Assembly: GCA_963592135.1 (NCBI GenBank)
Contig: CAVAVP010000013.1
Span: 22,115 to 86,114 of the forward strand
Direction of reading: 5' to 3'
From: a bacterium
GTDB taxonomy: Bacteria; Bacillota; Clostridia; Christensenellales; UBA3700
Length of the DNA: 64,000 nucleotides
Shown one piece after another: positions 39,834-48,401 of this stretch. Each line of letters starts with the position of its first letter. Positions within the stretch are counted from its first letter, which is position 1. The notes beneath the pieces are model-generated. The model ran no database searches. It was not told where the DNA came from and saw only the letters and a program-made list of their open reading frames with translations. A program made the position numbers and the translations under genes.

Positions 39834-40088
39834 CTACTTAGCCTTTTCAATAATTTCTACAACTCTCCAGCATTTATCTTTGCTTAGAGGTCTTGTTTCT
39901 GTGATACTTACGATATCACCAATTTTACATTCATTCTTTTCATCATGAGCCTTTAGTTTTCTTGTTCTGTTAACAATTTTGCCATAAAGAGGATGTTGAA
40001 CACGCTCTCTAATTGCAACGACAACTGTCTTGTCCATCTTATCGCTAACAACCATACCAACTCTGCTCTTTCTAAGATTTCTTTCCAT
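39834..40088 (-). CDS. rpsQ: 30S ribosomal protein S17
   Basis: The protein contains [27 protein letters not shown]. Confidence 0.95.
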   Translation of the reverse strand: MERNLRKSRVGMVVSDKMDKTVVVAIRERVQHPLYGKIVNRTRKLKAHDEKNECKIGDIVSITETRPLSKDKCWRVVEIIEKAK

Positions 40089-40103
40089 GTTGATTCCTCC
40101 TTA

Positions 40104-40337
40104 TTATTTAGACTTCTTAGCAGCCTTTTTAACAGGCTCCTTTGAGATGCCTAGATCTCTTTGACGAATAATAGTATTTACCTTAGCAATATCTTTCTTA
40201 ACATTTGTGATTTGCTTTGGATTTTCTAATTGACCAGCTTTATTTTGGAAACGAAGGTTGAATAATTCTTCCTTTAATGAAGCTAGCTTAACGTTTAACT
40301 CTTCATTTGTCATTTCAAAGAAATTACTTGCTTTCAT
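40104..40337 (-). CDS. rpmC: 50S ribosomal protein L29
   Basis: The protein contains ELNVKLASLKEELFNLRFQ and has a Lys-rich C-terminal tail. Confidence 0.9.
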   Translation of the reverse strand: MKASNFFEMTNEELNVKLASLKEELFNLRFQNKAGQLENPKQITNVKKDIAKVNTIIRQRDLGISKEPVKKAAKKSK

Positions 40338-40759
40338 TATTCATTTACCTCCTCTTCTTTCTTAATAAATTTACACTTACATGGTAATTTATTTGCAGCT
40401 AATCTTAAAGCTTCTCTTGCTGTTTCTTCTGGAATACCAGCCATTTCAAACATAACTCTACCTGGCTTTACTACAGCAACCCAATATTCTACAGAACCTT
40501 TACCTGAACCCATTCTTGTTTCAGCAGGCTTCTTTGTTACTGGCTTATGAGGGAAGATGTCTATCCAAACTTGTCCTCCTCTCTTGATATAACGAGTCAT
40601 CGCAATACGTGCAGCTTCAATTTGATTTGATGTAATCCAACTTGGCTCTAATGCAACTAAACCATATTCACCATATGCAATCTTGTTGCCCTTGTTAGCA
40701 TTACCTTTCATTCTGCCACGGAATACACGACGTCTTTTAACTCTTTTAGGCATTAACAT
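40337..40759 (-). CDS. rplP: 50S ribosomal protein L16
   Basis: The N-terminus is [19 protein letters not shown]. Confidence 0.95.
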   Translation of the reverse strand: MLMPKRVKRRRVFRGRMKGNANKGNKIAYGEYGLVALEPSWITSNQIEAARIAMTRYIKRGGQVWIDIFPHKPVTKKPAETRMGSGKGSVEYWVAVVKPGRVMFEMAGIPEETAREALRLAANKLPCKCKFIKKEEEVNE

Positions 40760-41456
40760 TGTTGTTTCCTCCTTCCTTCTTATCTGCAGCTACTGTTGAG
40801 AATTTACCATACTTTTCACCCTTGTAAATCCAAACCTTAACACCAATCTTACCGAAAGTAGTATTTGCTTCAGCAAAACCATAATCGATATCAGCTCTTA
40901 ATGTTTGTAGAGGGATAGAACCTTCATGATAATTTTCTGATCTAGCGATTTCTGCACCATCCAATCTTCCTGAAACCATTGTTTTAATACCCTTAACACC
41001 TGATTTCATAGCTCTTGAAATAGCTTGTTTCATAGCCTTTCTGAATTGAACTCTCTTTTCAAGTTGAGCAGCAATACCTTCAGCAACTAATGTTGCATCA
41101 ATATCAGGCTTAACAACATTTTGAATTGAAACAGCAATCTTCTTGCCAGGAACAATCTTTTCAATGAATTTTTGGATTTCTAATACACCAGCACCATTTG
41201 CACCAATCATGATACCAGGCTTAGATGTATATATTGTGATATTTACACTATATTCATTGTTGTTTGTAGATAAAATTTTTCTTTCAATCTTTATAGATGA
41301 GATACCATTATCATAATATTTATTCTTGATAGCTTTTCTGATTTTGCTATCTTCTACTAAATAAGTAGAGAAAGACTTCTTATCAGCAAACCATCTTGCA
41401 TCCCAATCTTTTATGACACCGATTCTTAATCCTGTTGGACTAACTTTTTGTCCCAT
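40746..41456 (-). CDS. rpsC: 30S ribosomal protein S3
   Basis: The N-terminus is [22 protein letters not shown]. Confidence 0.95.
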   Translation of the reverse strand: MGQKVSPTGLRIGVIKDWDARWFADKKSFSTYLVEDSKIRKAIKNKYYDNGISSIKIERKILSTNNNEYSVNITIYTSKPGIMIGANGAGVLEIQKFIEKIVPGKKIAVSIQNVVKPDIDATLVAEGIAAQLEKRVQFRKAMKQAISRAMKSGVKGIKTMVSGRLDGAEIARSENYHEGSIPLQTLRADIDYGFAEANTTFGKIGVKVWIYKGEKYGKFSTVAADKKEGGNNNVNA

Positions 41457-41469
41457 TGTTTACCTCCTA

Positions 41470-41859
41470 TTATTCAGCCACTTCATCAAGGATGATAGTG
41501 ATATGACTTGTACGCTTGTTGATTCTAGCACCAGAACCCTTTGCTCTAGCTCTCATTCTCTTAAGAATTGGACCAGCATTTGCAAAACATTCTGCAACAT
41601 ATAAGTCGTTCTTGTTCTTTCCTAAATTATTTTCTGCATTAGCAGCAGCTGAATTTAGAAGTTTAACAAGTGGTTCAGAAGCTGCTTTAGGTGTATTCTT
41701 TAGAATAGCTAAAGCATCTGTATATTTTTGTCCTCTAACAATATCAAGAACAACACGAACCTTATCTGGAGATATTCTAACGTATTTAGCAGTAGCACTT
41801 GCTCTCTTATCGGCTTTCTCAGCTCTAGCAGCAGCTTTTTCTCTAATTCTTTTAGCCAT
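41470..41859 (-). CDS. rplV: 50S ribosomal protein L22 with an N-terminal Lys/Ala-rich extension
   Basis: The core YVRISPDKVRVVLDIVRG is preceded by an A/K/R-rich leader of about 20 aa. Confidence 0.92.
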   Translation of the reverse strand: MAKRIREKAAARAEKADKRASATAKYVRISPDKVRVVLDIVRGQKYTDALAILKNTPKAASEPLVKLLNSAAANAENNLGKNKNDLYVAECFANAGPILKRMRARAKGSGARINKRTSHITIILDEVAE

Positions 41860-41870
41860 TGTTTACCTCC

Positions 41871-42152
41871 CTATTTCTTAGCAGCGGTAGCTTTTTCGCC
41901 GCCGTGGCCTTTGAATGTACGTGTTGGAGCAAATTCCCCAAGCTTACAACCAACCATTTCTTCAGTAATATATACTGGAACATGCTTTCTACCATCGTGA
42001 ACGGCAATTGTATGTCCAATCATATCAGGATAGATTGTAGAAGATCTTGACCAAGTCTTTACAGGCTTCTTGTCATTGTTCTTATTCATTTCTTTAATTC
42101 TATTTAGTAATCTTTCTTCACAGAAAGGTCCTTTCTTTAATGATCTACTCAT
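41871..42152 (-). CDS. rpsS: 30S ribosomal protein S19
   Basis: The protein starts [10 protein letters not shown] and contains ...[14 protein letters not shown]. Confidence 0.95.
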   Translation of the reverse strand: MSRSLKKGPFCEERLLNRIKEMNKNNDKKPVKTWSRSSTIYPDMIGHTIAVHDGRKHVPVYITEEMVGCKLGEFAPTRTFKGHGGEKATAAKK

Positions 42153-42163
42153 TTCTAATCCTC

Positions 42164-42988
42164 CTAGTTAACTCTCTTAATAATCATCTTATTAGACTTT
42201 CTCTTATTTCTTGTCTTGTGACCAAGAGTTGGAATGCCCCAAGGTGTAACTGGGCTTGGCATACCGATTGGAGCCTTACCTTCACCACCACCGTGTGGGT
42301 GATCACATGGGTTCATTACAAGACCTCTAACAGTAGGTCTAACGCCCATATGACGCTTTCTGCCAGCTTTACCAAGAGATACGATTTCATGTTCTGTATT
42401 TCCTACTTGACCAATTGTTGCTCTACAATCAACTGGAACATATCTCATTTCACCACTTGGTAATCTTAATGTAGCATACTTGCCTTCCTTAGCCATCAAT
42501 TGAGCAGCTAAACCAGCAGATCTTACTAATTGACCACCTTTTCCTTTTGTCATTTCAACATTGTGAACAAGTGTACCAACTGGGATTGCCGAGAATGGAA
42601 GGTTGTTACCTACCTTAATATCTGCATTAACACCGCTCATAACTACATCGCCTACTTGTAAGCCGATTGGAGCTAGAATATATGCCTTTTCGCCATCTTT
42701 ATAAGATAATAATGCAATATTAGCTGTTCTGTTAGGATCATATTCAATACCAACAACCTTTGCTGGGATATCATCCTTAACTCTCTTAAAGTCAATAATT
42801 CTATATTTTGTTCTATTTCCACCACCGATATGTCTTACAGTGATTCTTCCTGTGTTATTTCTACCACCAGTTTTAACAACATTATCTAATAGGCTCTTTT
42901 CTGGAGTTTTCTTAGTAACTTCGCTAAATGTAGAAACTGACATAAAACGACGTGCAGGAGAGGTTGGTTTATATTTCTTAATAGCCAT
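42164..42988 (-). CDS. rplB: 50S ribosomal protein L2
   Basis: The protein starts [14 protein letters not shown] and contains ...[13 protein letters not shown]. Confidence 0.95.
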   Translation of the reverse strand: MAIKKYKPTSPARRFMSVSTFSEVTKKTPEKSLLDNVVKTGGRNNTGRITVRHIGGGNRTKYRIIDFKRVKDDIPAKVVGIEYDPNRTANIALLSYKDGEKAYILAPIGLQVGDVVMSGVNADIKVGNNLPFSAIPVGTLVHNVEMTKGKGGQLVRSAGLAAQLMAKEGKYATLRLPSGEMRYVPVDCRATIGQVGNTEHEIVSLGKAGRKRHMGVRPTVRGLVMNPCDHPHGGGEGKAPIGMPSPVTPWGIPTLGHKTRNKRKSNKMIIKRVN

Positions 42989-43000
42989 TTTTCTTTCCTC

Positions 43001-43291
43001 CTATGCTAAGCTCTCGAAAAATTCGATTGCTTTACTATCTTCTGTTAAGAATACTATTGCTTTCTTGTAGTCAGAAGTATAACCTTCACTTCTACCCATT
43101 CTCTTCTTCTTACCGCCAACGCTAACAGTGTTAACTTTAGCAACCTTTACTCCGAAGATATCTTCAATAGCAACTTTAATTTGTGTTTTTGTTGCACTCT
43201 TAGCAACTTTGAATGTATATTTCTTACTTGCGATACCGTCATAACTCTTTTCTGTTAATACTGGGCAAATAATAATGTCATAGTTTTTCAT
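43001..43291 (-). CDS. rplW: 50S ribosomal protein L23
   Basis: The 96-aa protein contains IICPVLTEKS and sits at the conserved position. Confidence 0.92.
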   Translation of the reverse strand: MKNYDIIICPVLTEKSYDGIASKKYTFKVAKSATKTQIKVAIEDIFGVKVAKVNTVSVGGKKKRMGRSEGYTSDYKKAIVFLTEDSKAIEFFESLA

Positions 43292-43914
43292 TATGCATAT
43301 ACCTCCTCAAGTTTCTTGATAGCATCTACAGTTGCAATACACTTTGTATTTGCTGCTAATTCATAAACATTAACTAATTCAGCATTAATAACTGTAACAT
43401 TTGGAATGTTAGCACTTGCTCTTAATACTGCTTCGTCATTGTTTGCTACAACAACTAAAACCTTTGTTGTTATGTCAAAGCTCTTTAACATACTTGCAAC
43501 AAGTTTTGTCTTTGCTTCTTTTAATTTAATTTCATCAACTACGATTAAGTTCGAATCAGTTACTTTTGCACTTAAAGCACTAATTGTAGCAGCTCTCTTC
43601 ATAGACTTATTAATCTTTTGAGAGAAATCTCTTGGCTTTGGTGCAAATACTACACCACCACCTGTCCATTGTGGAGCTCTAATAGATCCTTGTCTGGCAC
43701 GACCTGTACCTTTTTGTCTCCAAGGCTTCTTTCCGCCGCCAGCAACTTCTGTTCTTGTTAATGTGCTCTTTGTTCCTTGTCTTTTATTTGCAAGTTGAGC
43801 AACTACTACTTGATGAATTAAAGCTTCGTTGTATTCCGCACCGAATACTGCATCATTTAATTCCATTGGCTTATTTAAATTTTTGCCATTCATATTAAAT
43901 ACATCAACCTTCAT
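43291..43914 (-). CDS. rplD: 50S ribosomal protein L4
   Basis: The protein contains GGGKKPWRQKGTGRARQGSIRAPQW. Confidence 0.95.
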   Translation of the reverse strand: MKVDVFNMNGKNLNKPMELNDAVFGAEYNEALIHQVVVAQLANKRQGTKSTLTRTEVAGGGKKPWRQKGTGRARQGSIRAPQWTGGGVVFAPKPRDFSQKINKSMKRAATISALSAKVTDSNLIVVDEIKLKEAKTKLVASMLKSFDITTKVLVVVANNDEAVLRASANIPNVTVINAELVNVYELAANTKCIATVDAIKKLEEVYA

Positions 43915-43925
43915 AAGTCTTCTCC

Positions 43926-44555
43926 TTAAGCTTTAACACTTTGCTTAACTACAACGATTCCACCTTTAGCACCAGGTATAGCACCCTTAATTAAAAGTAG
44001 ATTACGTGCTGCATCGACTTTTGCAACAGTTAAGTTTTGAACTGTAACTCTTTCGTTACCCCAATGTCCAGCCATTTTCTTATTCTTGAAAACTCTAGAT
44101 GGATCTGAGTTAGCAGACATAGAACCAACACCTCTGTGGTAACCTGAACCATGAGCTCTAGGTCCAATACGATGGTTCCATCTCTTTACAGCGCCTGTAA
44201 ATCCGTGGCCTTTAGAAGTACCAACAACATCTACATAATCGCCTTCTGCGAAGATAGTGCAGTTAATTTCTTGTCCAATTTCATAAGCAGCTACATCTTC
44301 AATAGGAAGTTCTTTAAGAACCTTCTTTGGAGTTACATTTGCTTTTTTGAATTGACCTAGAACTGGCTTTGAAACGCGATTTTCTTTAACATCACCAAAT
44401 GCTACTTGTAATGCGTTATAGCCATCTTTCTCTTGAGTCTTCTTTTGAACAACTGGGCATGGACCTGCTTCAACTACTGTTACAGGTACAACTAAGCCTT
44501 CAGCTGTAAAGATTTGGCTCATTCCTAATTTCTTTCCAATGATTGCTTTATTCAT
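43926..44555 (-). CDS. rplC: 50S ribosomal protein L3
   Basis: The protein contains [12 protein letters not shown] and ...[10 protein letters not shown]. Confidence 0.95.
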   Translation of the reverse strand: MNKAIIGKKLGMSQIFTAEGLVVPVTVVEAGPCPVVQKKTQEKDGYNALQVAFGDVKENRVSKPVLGQFKKANVTPKKVLKELPIEDVAAYEIGQEINCTIFAEGDYVDVVGTSKGHGFTGAVKRWNHRIGPRAHGSGYHRGVGSMSANSDPSRVFKNKKMAGHWGNERVTVQNLTVAKVDAARNLLLIKGAIPGAKGGIVVVKQSVKA

Positions 44556-44627
44556 AGATAAAGTTCACCCTCCTAATTTATTTTTTCTTGGTTACCGACA
44601 CTTGCCAGTAACTATAATTTTTGTCAA

Positions 44628-44936
44628 TTATAATTTAATCTTAATATCTACACCAGCTGGTACATCAACTTTCATTAATGCATCAATAGCTTTCTTAGAT
44701 GGGTTATAGATATCTATTAATCTCTTATGTGTTCTTAATTCGAATTGTTCTCTGCTATCTTTGTACTTATGTACAGCTCTTAAAATTGTAACAACTTCCT
44801 TATCAGTTGGTAGAGGAATAGGACCAGATACTTGGCCACCGCTTCTCTTAACTGTTTCAACAATCTTTTGTGCAGCTACGTCAATTAAATTATGATCATA
44901 AGCTCTTAATTTGATTCTTACTCTTGTTCCTGCCAT
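44628..44936 (-). CDS. rpsJ: 30S ribosomal protein S10
   Basis: The protein contains [13 protein letters not shown] and ...[10 protein letters not shown]. Confidence 0.95.
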   Translation of the reverse strand: MAGTRVRIKLRAYDHNLIDVAAQKIVETVKRSGGQVSGPIPLPTDKEVVTILRAVHKYKDSREQFELRTHKRLIDIYNPSKKAIDALMKVDVPAGVDIKIKL

Positions 44937-45113
44937 TTTTGTTTTCTCCTTTTTTTCTAACTTTCTTTTATCACACTTCCGTGTGTTTCGCTCTGACTTT
45001 TTTAAAAAATGACACGTCTGTCATTCGTTAGTCGCCCGATTATTACGGACTTTTGTCCACGAAAGTTCTCTGCTGAGCACAGTAACCTCTCGCTTCATCC
45101 CTTTCGGTCAGTG
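44937..45113 (-). promoter_or_regulatory. Structured 5' leader of the S10 operon, about 177 nt; a candidate r-protein autoregulatory leader
   Basis: This stretch is relatively GC-rich in an AT-rich genome. It holds helix GAGCAC...GTGCTC enclosing CCGAAAGG, hairpin GGAC-AAAA-GTCC, a weak hairpin AATGACA-GACG-TGTCATT followed by T-run, and hairpin CACAC-GGAA-GTGTG just before the SD. Confidence 0.45.
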
Positions 45114-45120
45114 CTCGATT

Positions 45121-45150
45121 ATTATATATAAAGGGTAAAAAACCTGTCAA
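45121..45150 (-). promoter_or_regulatory. Promoter of the S10-spc operon
   Basis: The minus strand reads TTGACA, an 18-nt spacer, then TATAAT. Confidence 0.65.
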
Positions 45151-45190
45151 ATTAAGATTGTAAAATTTATGTAAAATTTATTAAATATTT

Positions 45191-45487
45191 TTAATTTTGA
45201 TATTTTTTTAGGTCAACTTTGTAATTTACGACCTCTATCCCATCTTTTTCAAGCCTTCTTTTTTGTTCATCAATACCAAGCGCAAAATTCTTAGCAAGAT
45301 AGCCTTTTCCATTTACTACTTTATAACATGGATAAACATCAGGCATAGGATTTACATGAAGAGCATTACCTATAGCCCTACAGGCTTTTGGGTATCCTAT
45401 TTTTTCTGCAATCTCTCCATAGGTTACAACCTTTCCTTTTGGAATGGTTCTTAAATATTCGTATACTCTTTTTTGAAATTCTGTCAT
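45191..45487 (-). CDS. MGMT-family (methylated-DNA-protein-cysteine methyltransferase DNA-binding domain) protein, single domain
   Basis: The 98-aa protein has IPKGKVVTYGEIAEKIGYPKACRAIGNALHVNP and then PCYKVV in place of the canonical PCHRVV. Confidence 0.75.
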   Translation of the reverse strand: MTEFQKRVYEYLRTIPKGKVVTYGEIAEKIGYPKACRAIGNALHVNPMPDVYPCYKVVNGKGYLAKNFALGIDEQKRRLEKDGIEVVNYKVDLKKYQN

Positions 45488-45493
45488 TAATAA

Positions 45494-45516
45494 TAGGCGA
45501 CCTTTTAGATCGCCTT
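45494..45516 (-). terminator. Candidate terminator hairpin after the DUF1858 gene
   Basis: The minus strand reads AGGCGATC-TAAAA-GGTCGCCT (8 bp including one G-U) followed by ATTATT. Confidence 0.45.
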
Positions 45517-45520
45517 ATAT

Positions 45521-45727
45521 TTAACTATTAGCTGCTTTATTTAAGTCTTCTACTAATTTATCTACATCAACACCATGAACTTCAGCTGCTTGAGCAATTG
45601 TTTCGCCTCTTGCAATAGCACAACCAAAACAATGCATTCCAATACCTAAAAGTGTTTGAGCAATAGCCTCTTGGTTTCCTGCTTGAATAGCATCACCAAT
45701 TAACATATCCTTAGTAATTTCTACCAT
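45521..45727 (-). CDS. DUF1858 / hybrid-cluster-protein-associated redox disulfide domain protein
   Basis: The 68-aa protein has GMHCFGCAIARGETIAQAAEVHGVDVDKLVEDLN, which fits the MHCxGC family pattern. Confidence 0.65.
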   Translation of the reverse strand: MVEITKDMLIGDAIQAGNQEAIAQTLLGIGMHCFGCAIARGETIAQAAEVHGVDVDKLVEDLNKAANS

Positions 45728-45741
45728 TTTGTTACCTCCAT

Positions 45742-46854
45742 TTACATAAAATATCTATATATTAGGTATACTATAACCGCAATTGCTATCGCAATAGTAA
45801 TACCTATTAATGTTGACTTTAATGCAGAGACTGGTGCTTTTCCATCCGCATTTCCATTACGGCCATTTATTACACAGCCATATACTTTCTTCTTATATTT
45901 ATAAGGTATAGTCCAAAGAGGAGCTAACACATATTTATAAGTCTCTTCATTATAATTTGTATCCACATTACAGTAATCTAGTACATCATAACTGTATTTA
46001 CATATTATGGAATTATAAATAGCTGTATCCATCTTTCCGTGTGCAATACCTCTACTTTCATCTAAACCTGTTGAGTATCTTTCAGCATTAAAACCAGCTA
46101 TGTATTGATTATGATATCTAACTGAATTGTCTGTATCAAAGCCACCTGTCGCAGAAAGATTTTTATCTGTCATATATTGCGAAGCCTCTACTTGAACATC
46201 ATTAAAAAGTTCATTATGATGTCCTGATGCTGTATGCCACGTTGTATAGACTTGTGTTACCATCTTTCCATTTCTTCTAACTACTCTTGTATGATTAATA
46301 CCATATCTTATATGATACGATGAACTTGTATCAGCATCAAAAGTAAAGACGGGGATATAAATACCTTTCATTGTCATTTTAGAAGCCTTTTTCTTTAAAC
46401 CAAAGGGCGCCATCTTTTTTTTCTTAATCCAATCTGCAAAAGATTTATGTGCCTCTTCACTTGAAATCTTAAAAGGCAGTATCCCATTTGGCTTAAGACC
46501 TGGCACGTCATCTATAGACACAATATTTGTCGCCCTGCAAAATGGACAATTCGAAGCGGTTTCAAACTCGTTCAAAACAAATGCCGCTCCACAACTTCTA
46601 CATTTAACAGTTTTTACATCTCCCCAAGGCTCATAGCAGGTTTCTGATGATAATTCATCATATTCTTGCTCCATTGCTTTAGGAGTTTCTACTAGATTAT
46701 ATAGAGAAGCACAATGTGTACATTTTAGTTTTTGACTTTTTGGATCAAATACTAAAAAACTTCCACAATTAGCGCATTTATATATTTTCCCTTTCAATGC
46801 GTCATTTGAAATGCTATCTACAATTTCTTCAGCAGTATTAACTTCCCTAGCCAT
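45742..46854 (-). CDS. Double zinc-ribbon protein with a C-terminal TM anchor (YdjG-like?)
   Basis: Two zinc-ribbon motifs are present: CANCGSFLVF...CTHCAS and CRSCGAAFVL...CPFCRA. A domain of about 230 aa follows, then the TM segment LIGITIAIAIAVIVYLIY. A 2-nt gap separates it from the SPFH gene. Confidence 0.5.
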   Translation of the reverse strand: MAREVNTAEEIVDSISNDALKGKIYKCANCGSFLVFDPKSQKLKCTHCASLYNLVETPKAMEQEYDELSSETCYEPWGDVKTVKCRSCGAAFVLNEFETASNCPFCRATNIVSIDDVPGLKPNGILPFKISSEEAHKSFADWIKKKKMAPFGLKKKASKMTMKGIYIPVFTFDADTSSSYHIRYGINHTRVVRRNGKMVTQVYTTWHTASGHHNELFNDVQVEASQYMTDKNLSATGGFDTDNSVRYHNQYIAGFNAERYSTGLDESRGIAHGKMDTAIYNSIICKYSYDVLDYCNVDTNYNEETYKYVLAPLWTIPYKYKKKVYGCVINGRNGNADGKAPVSALKSTLIGITIAIAIAVIVYLIYRYFM

Positions 46855-46856
46855 TA

Positions 46857-47927
46857 TTAAACTTTAGCTCCGCATTCTGGACAGAATTTAGCATTAGCTT
46901 TTACTTTTGCTCCACATGCTGAACATATTTTTTCAGTTTTAAGCACTTCAAACTTAGCTCCGCATTCTGGACAGAACTTAGCGTTAGCCTTCGCTTTTGC
47001 TCCACATGCTGGACAAACTTTTTCGGCAACAGTTCCGCCAGGTATTGATGTGTTGCCATTTTTAGCATCATTCATTTCTTGCTTAAACATACTAGCAGCA
47101 GCCATTCCAGTTGCAATATTCATGCCAAGACCGCCCATATTAGTATTATTTTTTGCAGCATCTCTCATAGCTCCAATGCTTTCCATTTGAGCATATCCTT
47201 GCATTGCACCATTACCCATAACGCCGACTTGAGTTCTCTTATCCATCATCTTTTCAACTTCTTCTGGCAACGATAAATTCTCAATATATAGAGCATTTAA
47301 TTTTATACCAATATTTGCAAAATCATCTTTTAATCTATTCTTTGCAGCATTTGCCAATTCTTCATAATGCATTGATAAATCCAAAGCTGGAATTTCCGAT
47401 TCTGCAATTACATTTGATAAAGTTGATGTAATAACCTTACGGAAATAATCATCTACTGTTTTTGTTGTCATAGTACCTTGAGTGCCAATTAATTCTTCCA
47501 TGGCCTCTGTTGGATCACCTACAGAGAAAGAATATGTTCCAAAGCCTCTTACTCTAACCATACCAAAATCTTGATCTCTCATCATAACCGGATTAGTTGT
47601 TCCCCAGTTCTTATTCAGAAACTGTTTTGTAGATATAAAGTAAATATTTCCCTTATATGGACTTTCCCAAGCATATTTCCAATTATATAACTTCGTTAAA
47701 ATTGGAATATTTTTTATATCAGATAATTCATAAGTACCAGGACCAAAACAATCTGCTACTTTTCCTTCTTGAACAAATATTGCCTTTTGTCCAGGATTTA
47801 CAACTAGGACAGATTTTTTCATAATCTCGTCTCTATCTTTTTCAAATTGATATCTGTAGGCAATAACATCTGCCTCTTGATCTTTCCATTCAATAACCTT
47901 TCTAAATTGTCTACTTAACCAGCCCAT
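46857..47927 (-). CDS. SPFH/Band-7 domain protein of the YdjI (virion-core-protein-like) type with two C-terminal zinc ribbons
   Basis: The N-terminus is FRKVIEWKDQEADVIAYRY...LVVNPGQKAIFVQEGKV and the overall layout parallels B. subtilis YdjI as I recall it. The C-terminus reads CPACGAKAKANAKFCPECGAKF and CSACGAKVKANAKFCPECGAKV. Confidence 0.75.
   Translation of the reverse strand: MGWLSRQFRKVIEWKDQEADVIAYRYQFEKDRDEIMKKSVLVVNPGQKAIFVQEGKVADCFGPGTYELSDIKNIPILTKLYNWKYAWESPYKGNIYFISTKQFLNKNWGTTNPVMMRDQDFGMVRVRGFGTYSFSVGDPTEAMEELIGTQGTMTTKTVDDYFRKVITSTLSNVIAESEIPALDLSMHYEELANAAKNRLKDDFANIGIKLNALYIENLSLPEEVEKMMDKRTQVGVMGNGAMQGYAQMESIGAMRDAAKNNTNMGGLGMNIATGMAAASMFKQEMNDAKNGNTSIPGGTVAEKVCPACGAKAKANAKFCPECGAKFEVLKTEKICSACGAKVKANAKFCPECGAKV
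46860..47020. repeat. Intragenic tandem duplication (90-nt period) encoding the two zinc-ribbon modules
   Basis: TAGCTCCGCATTCTGGACAGAA occurs at 46865 and again at 46955, and TTTTGCTCCACATGCTG occurs in both units. The units are about 85% identical by eye. Confidence 0.8.
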
Positions 47928-47958
47928 CGTTTACCTCCTTGGGTTTTTAACAAAGTTA

Positions 47959-47987
47959 ATTATATAGATATAATTCTCTTGTGTCAA
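47959..47987 (-). promoter_or_regulatory. Consensus sigma-A promoter of the SPFH operon
   Basis: The minus strand reads TTGACA, a 17-nt spacer, then TATAAT. The GGAGG SD follows about 25 nt downstream. Confidence 0.7.
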
Positions 47988-48090
47988 TATAAGTGATTTC
48001 AAAAACCAAAAAGCGATAATACCCTAAAAAAATATATTGACCGAATAGGCGCTATCATATAAATTGTAATTTCAAAACTCTCTTTTAATT

Positions 48091-48117
48091 AAAATGCAAC
48101 ATTTGTTTGCAATTTTT
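48091..48117 (+). repeat. Terminator-like hairpin, copy 1 of a duplicated ~28-nt element
   Basis: AAAATGCAACATTTGTTTGCAATTTTT closely resembles 48349-48377 AAATTGCAACGATTTGTTGCAAATTTTT. Its stem is weaker, at 5 bp. Confidence 0.4.
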
Positions 48118-48269
48118 CACATTTTACAAAAGTTTATTTTATTTTTGCTTATTAATTCAATCAAAATCCTACTCAAATTACGCCAAACACTCGAAAAATC
48201 CTAAAAAAGAAGAGGGGCCGCTAAACTTTAAGCAACTCCTCTTCTAATTATATGATAAGGGGGAAAATT

Positions 48270-48341
48270 ATGAGCTATTTAAGTAATTTCGTGATTATTA
48301 TAAGTTCAACATTGCAACATGTCAACTCATTTTTTGTATAA
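48270..48341 (+). CDS. Candidate small hydrophobic protein (23 aa)
   Basis: The ORF is ATG..TAA and encodes MSYLSNFVIIISSTLQHVNSFFV. It is preceded by a strong SD, AAGGGGGA, 6 nt upstream, and a hairpin with a T-run follows within 10 nt. Coding status is unproven. Confidence 0.3.
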   Translation: MSYLSNFVIIISSTLQHVNSFFV

Positions 48342-48345
48342 AAAT

Positions 48346-48377
48346 AAAAAAATTGCAACGATTTGTTGCAAATTTTT
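48346..48377. terminator. Bidirectional terminator serving the ABC-F gene on the minus strand and the small ORF on the plus strand
   Basis: A7 is followed by the stem TTGCAAC-GATTT-GTTGCAA and then T5. Confidence 0.65.
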
Positions 48378-48401
48378 CTCTAACCTTATAATAAGCATAA
48401 A

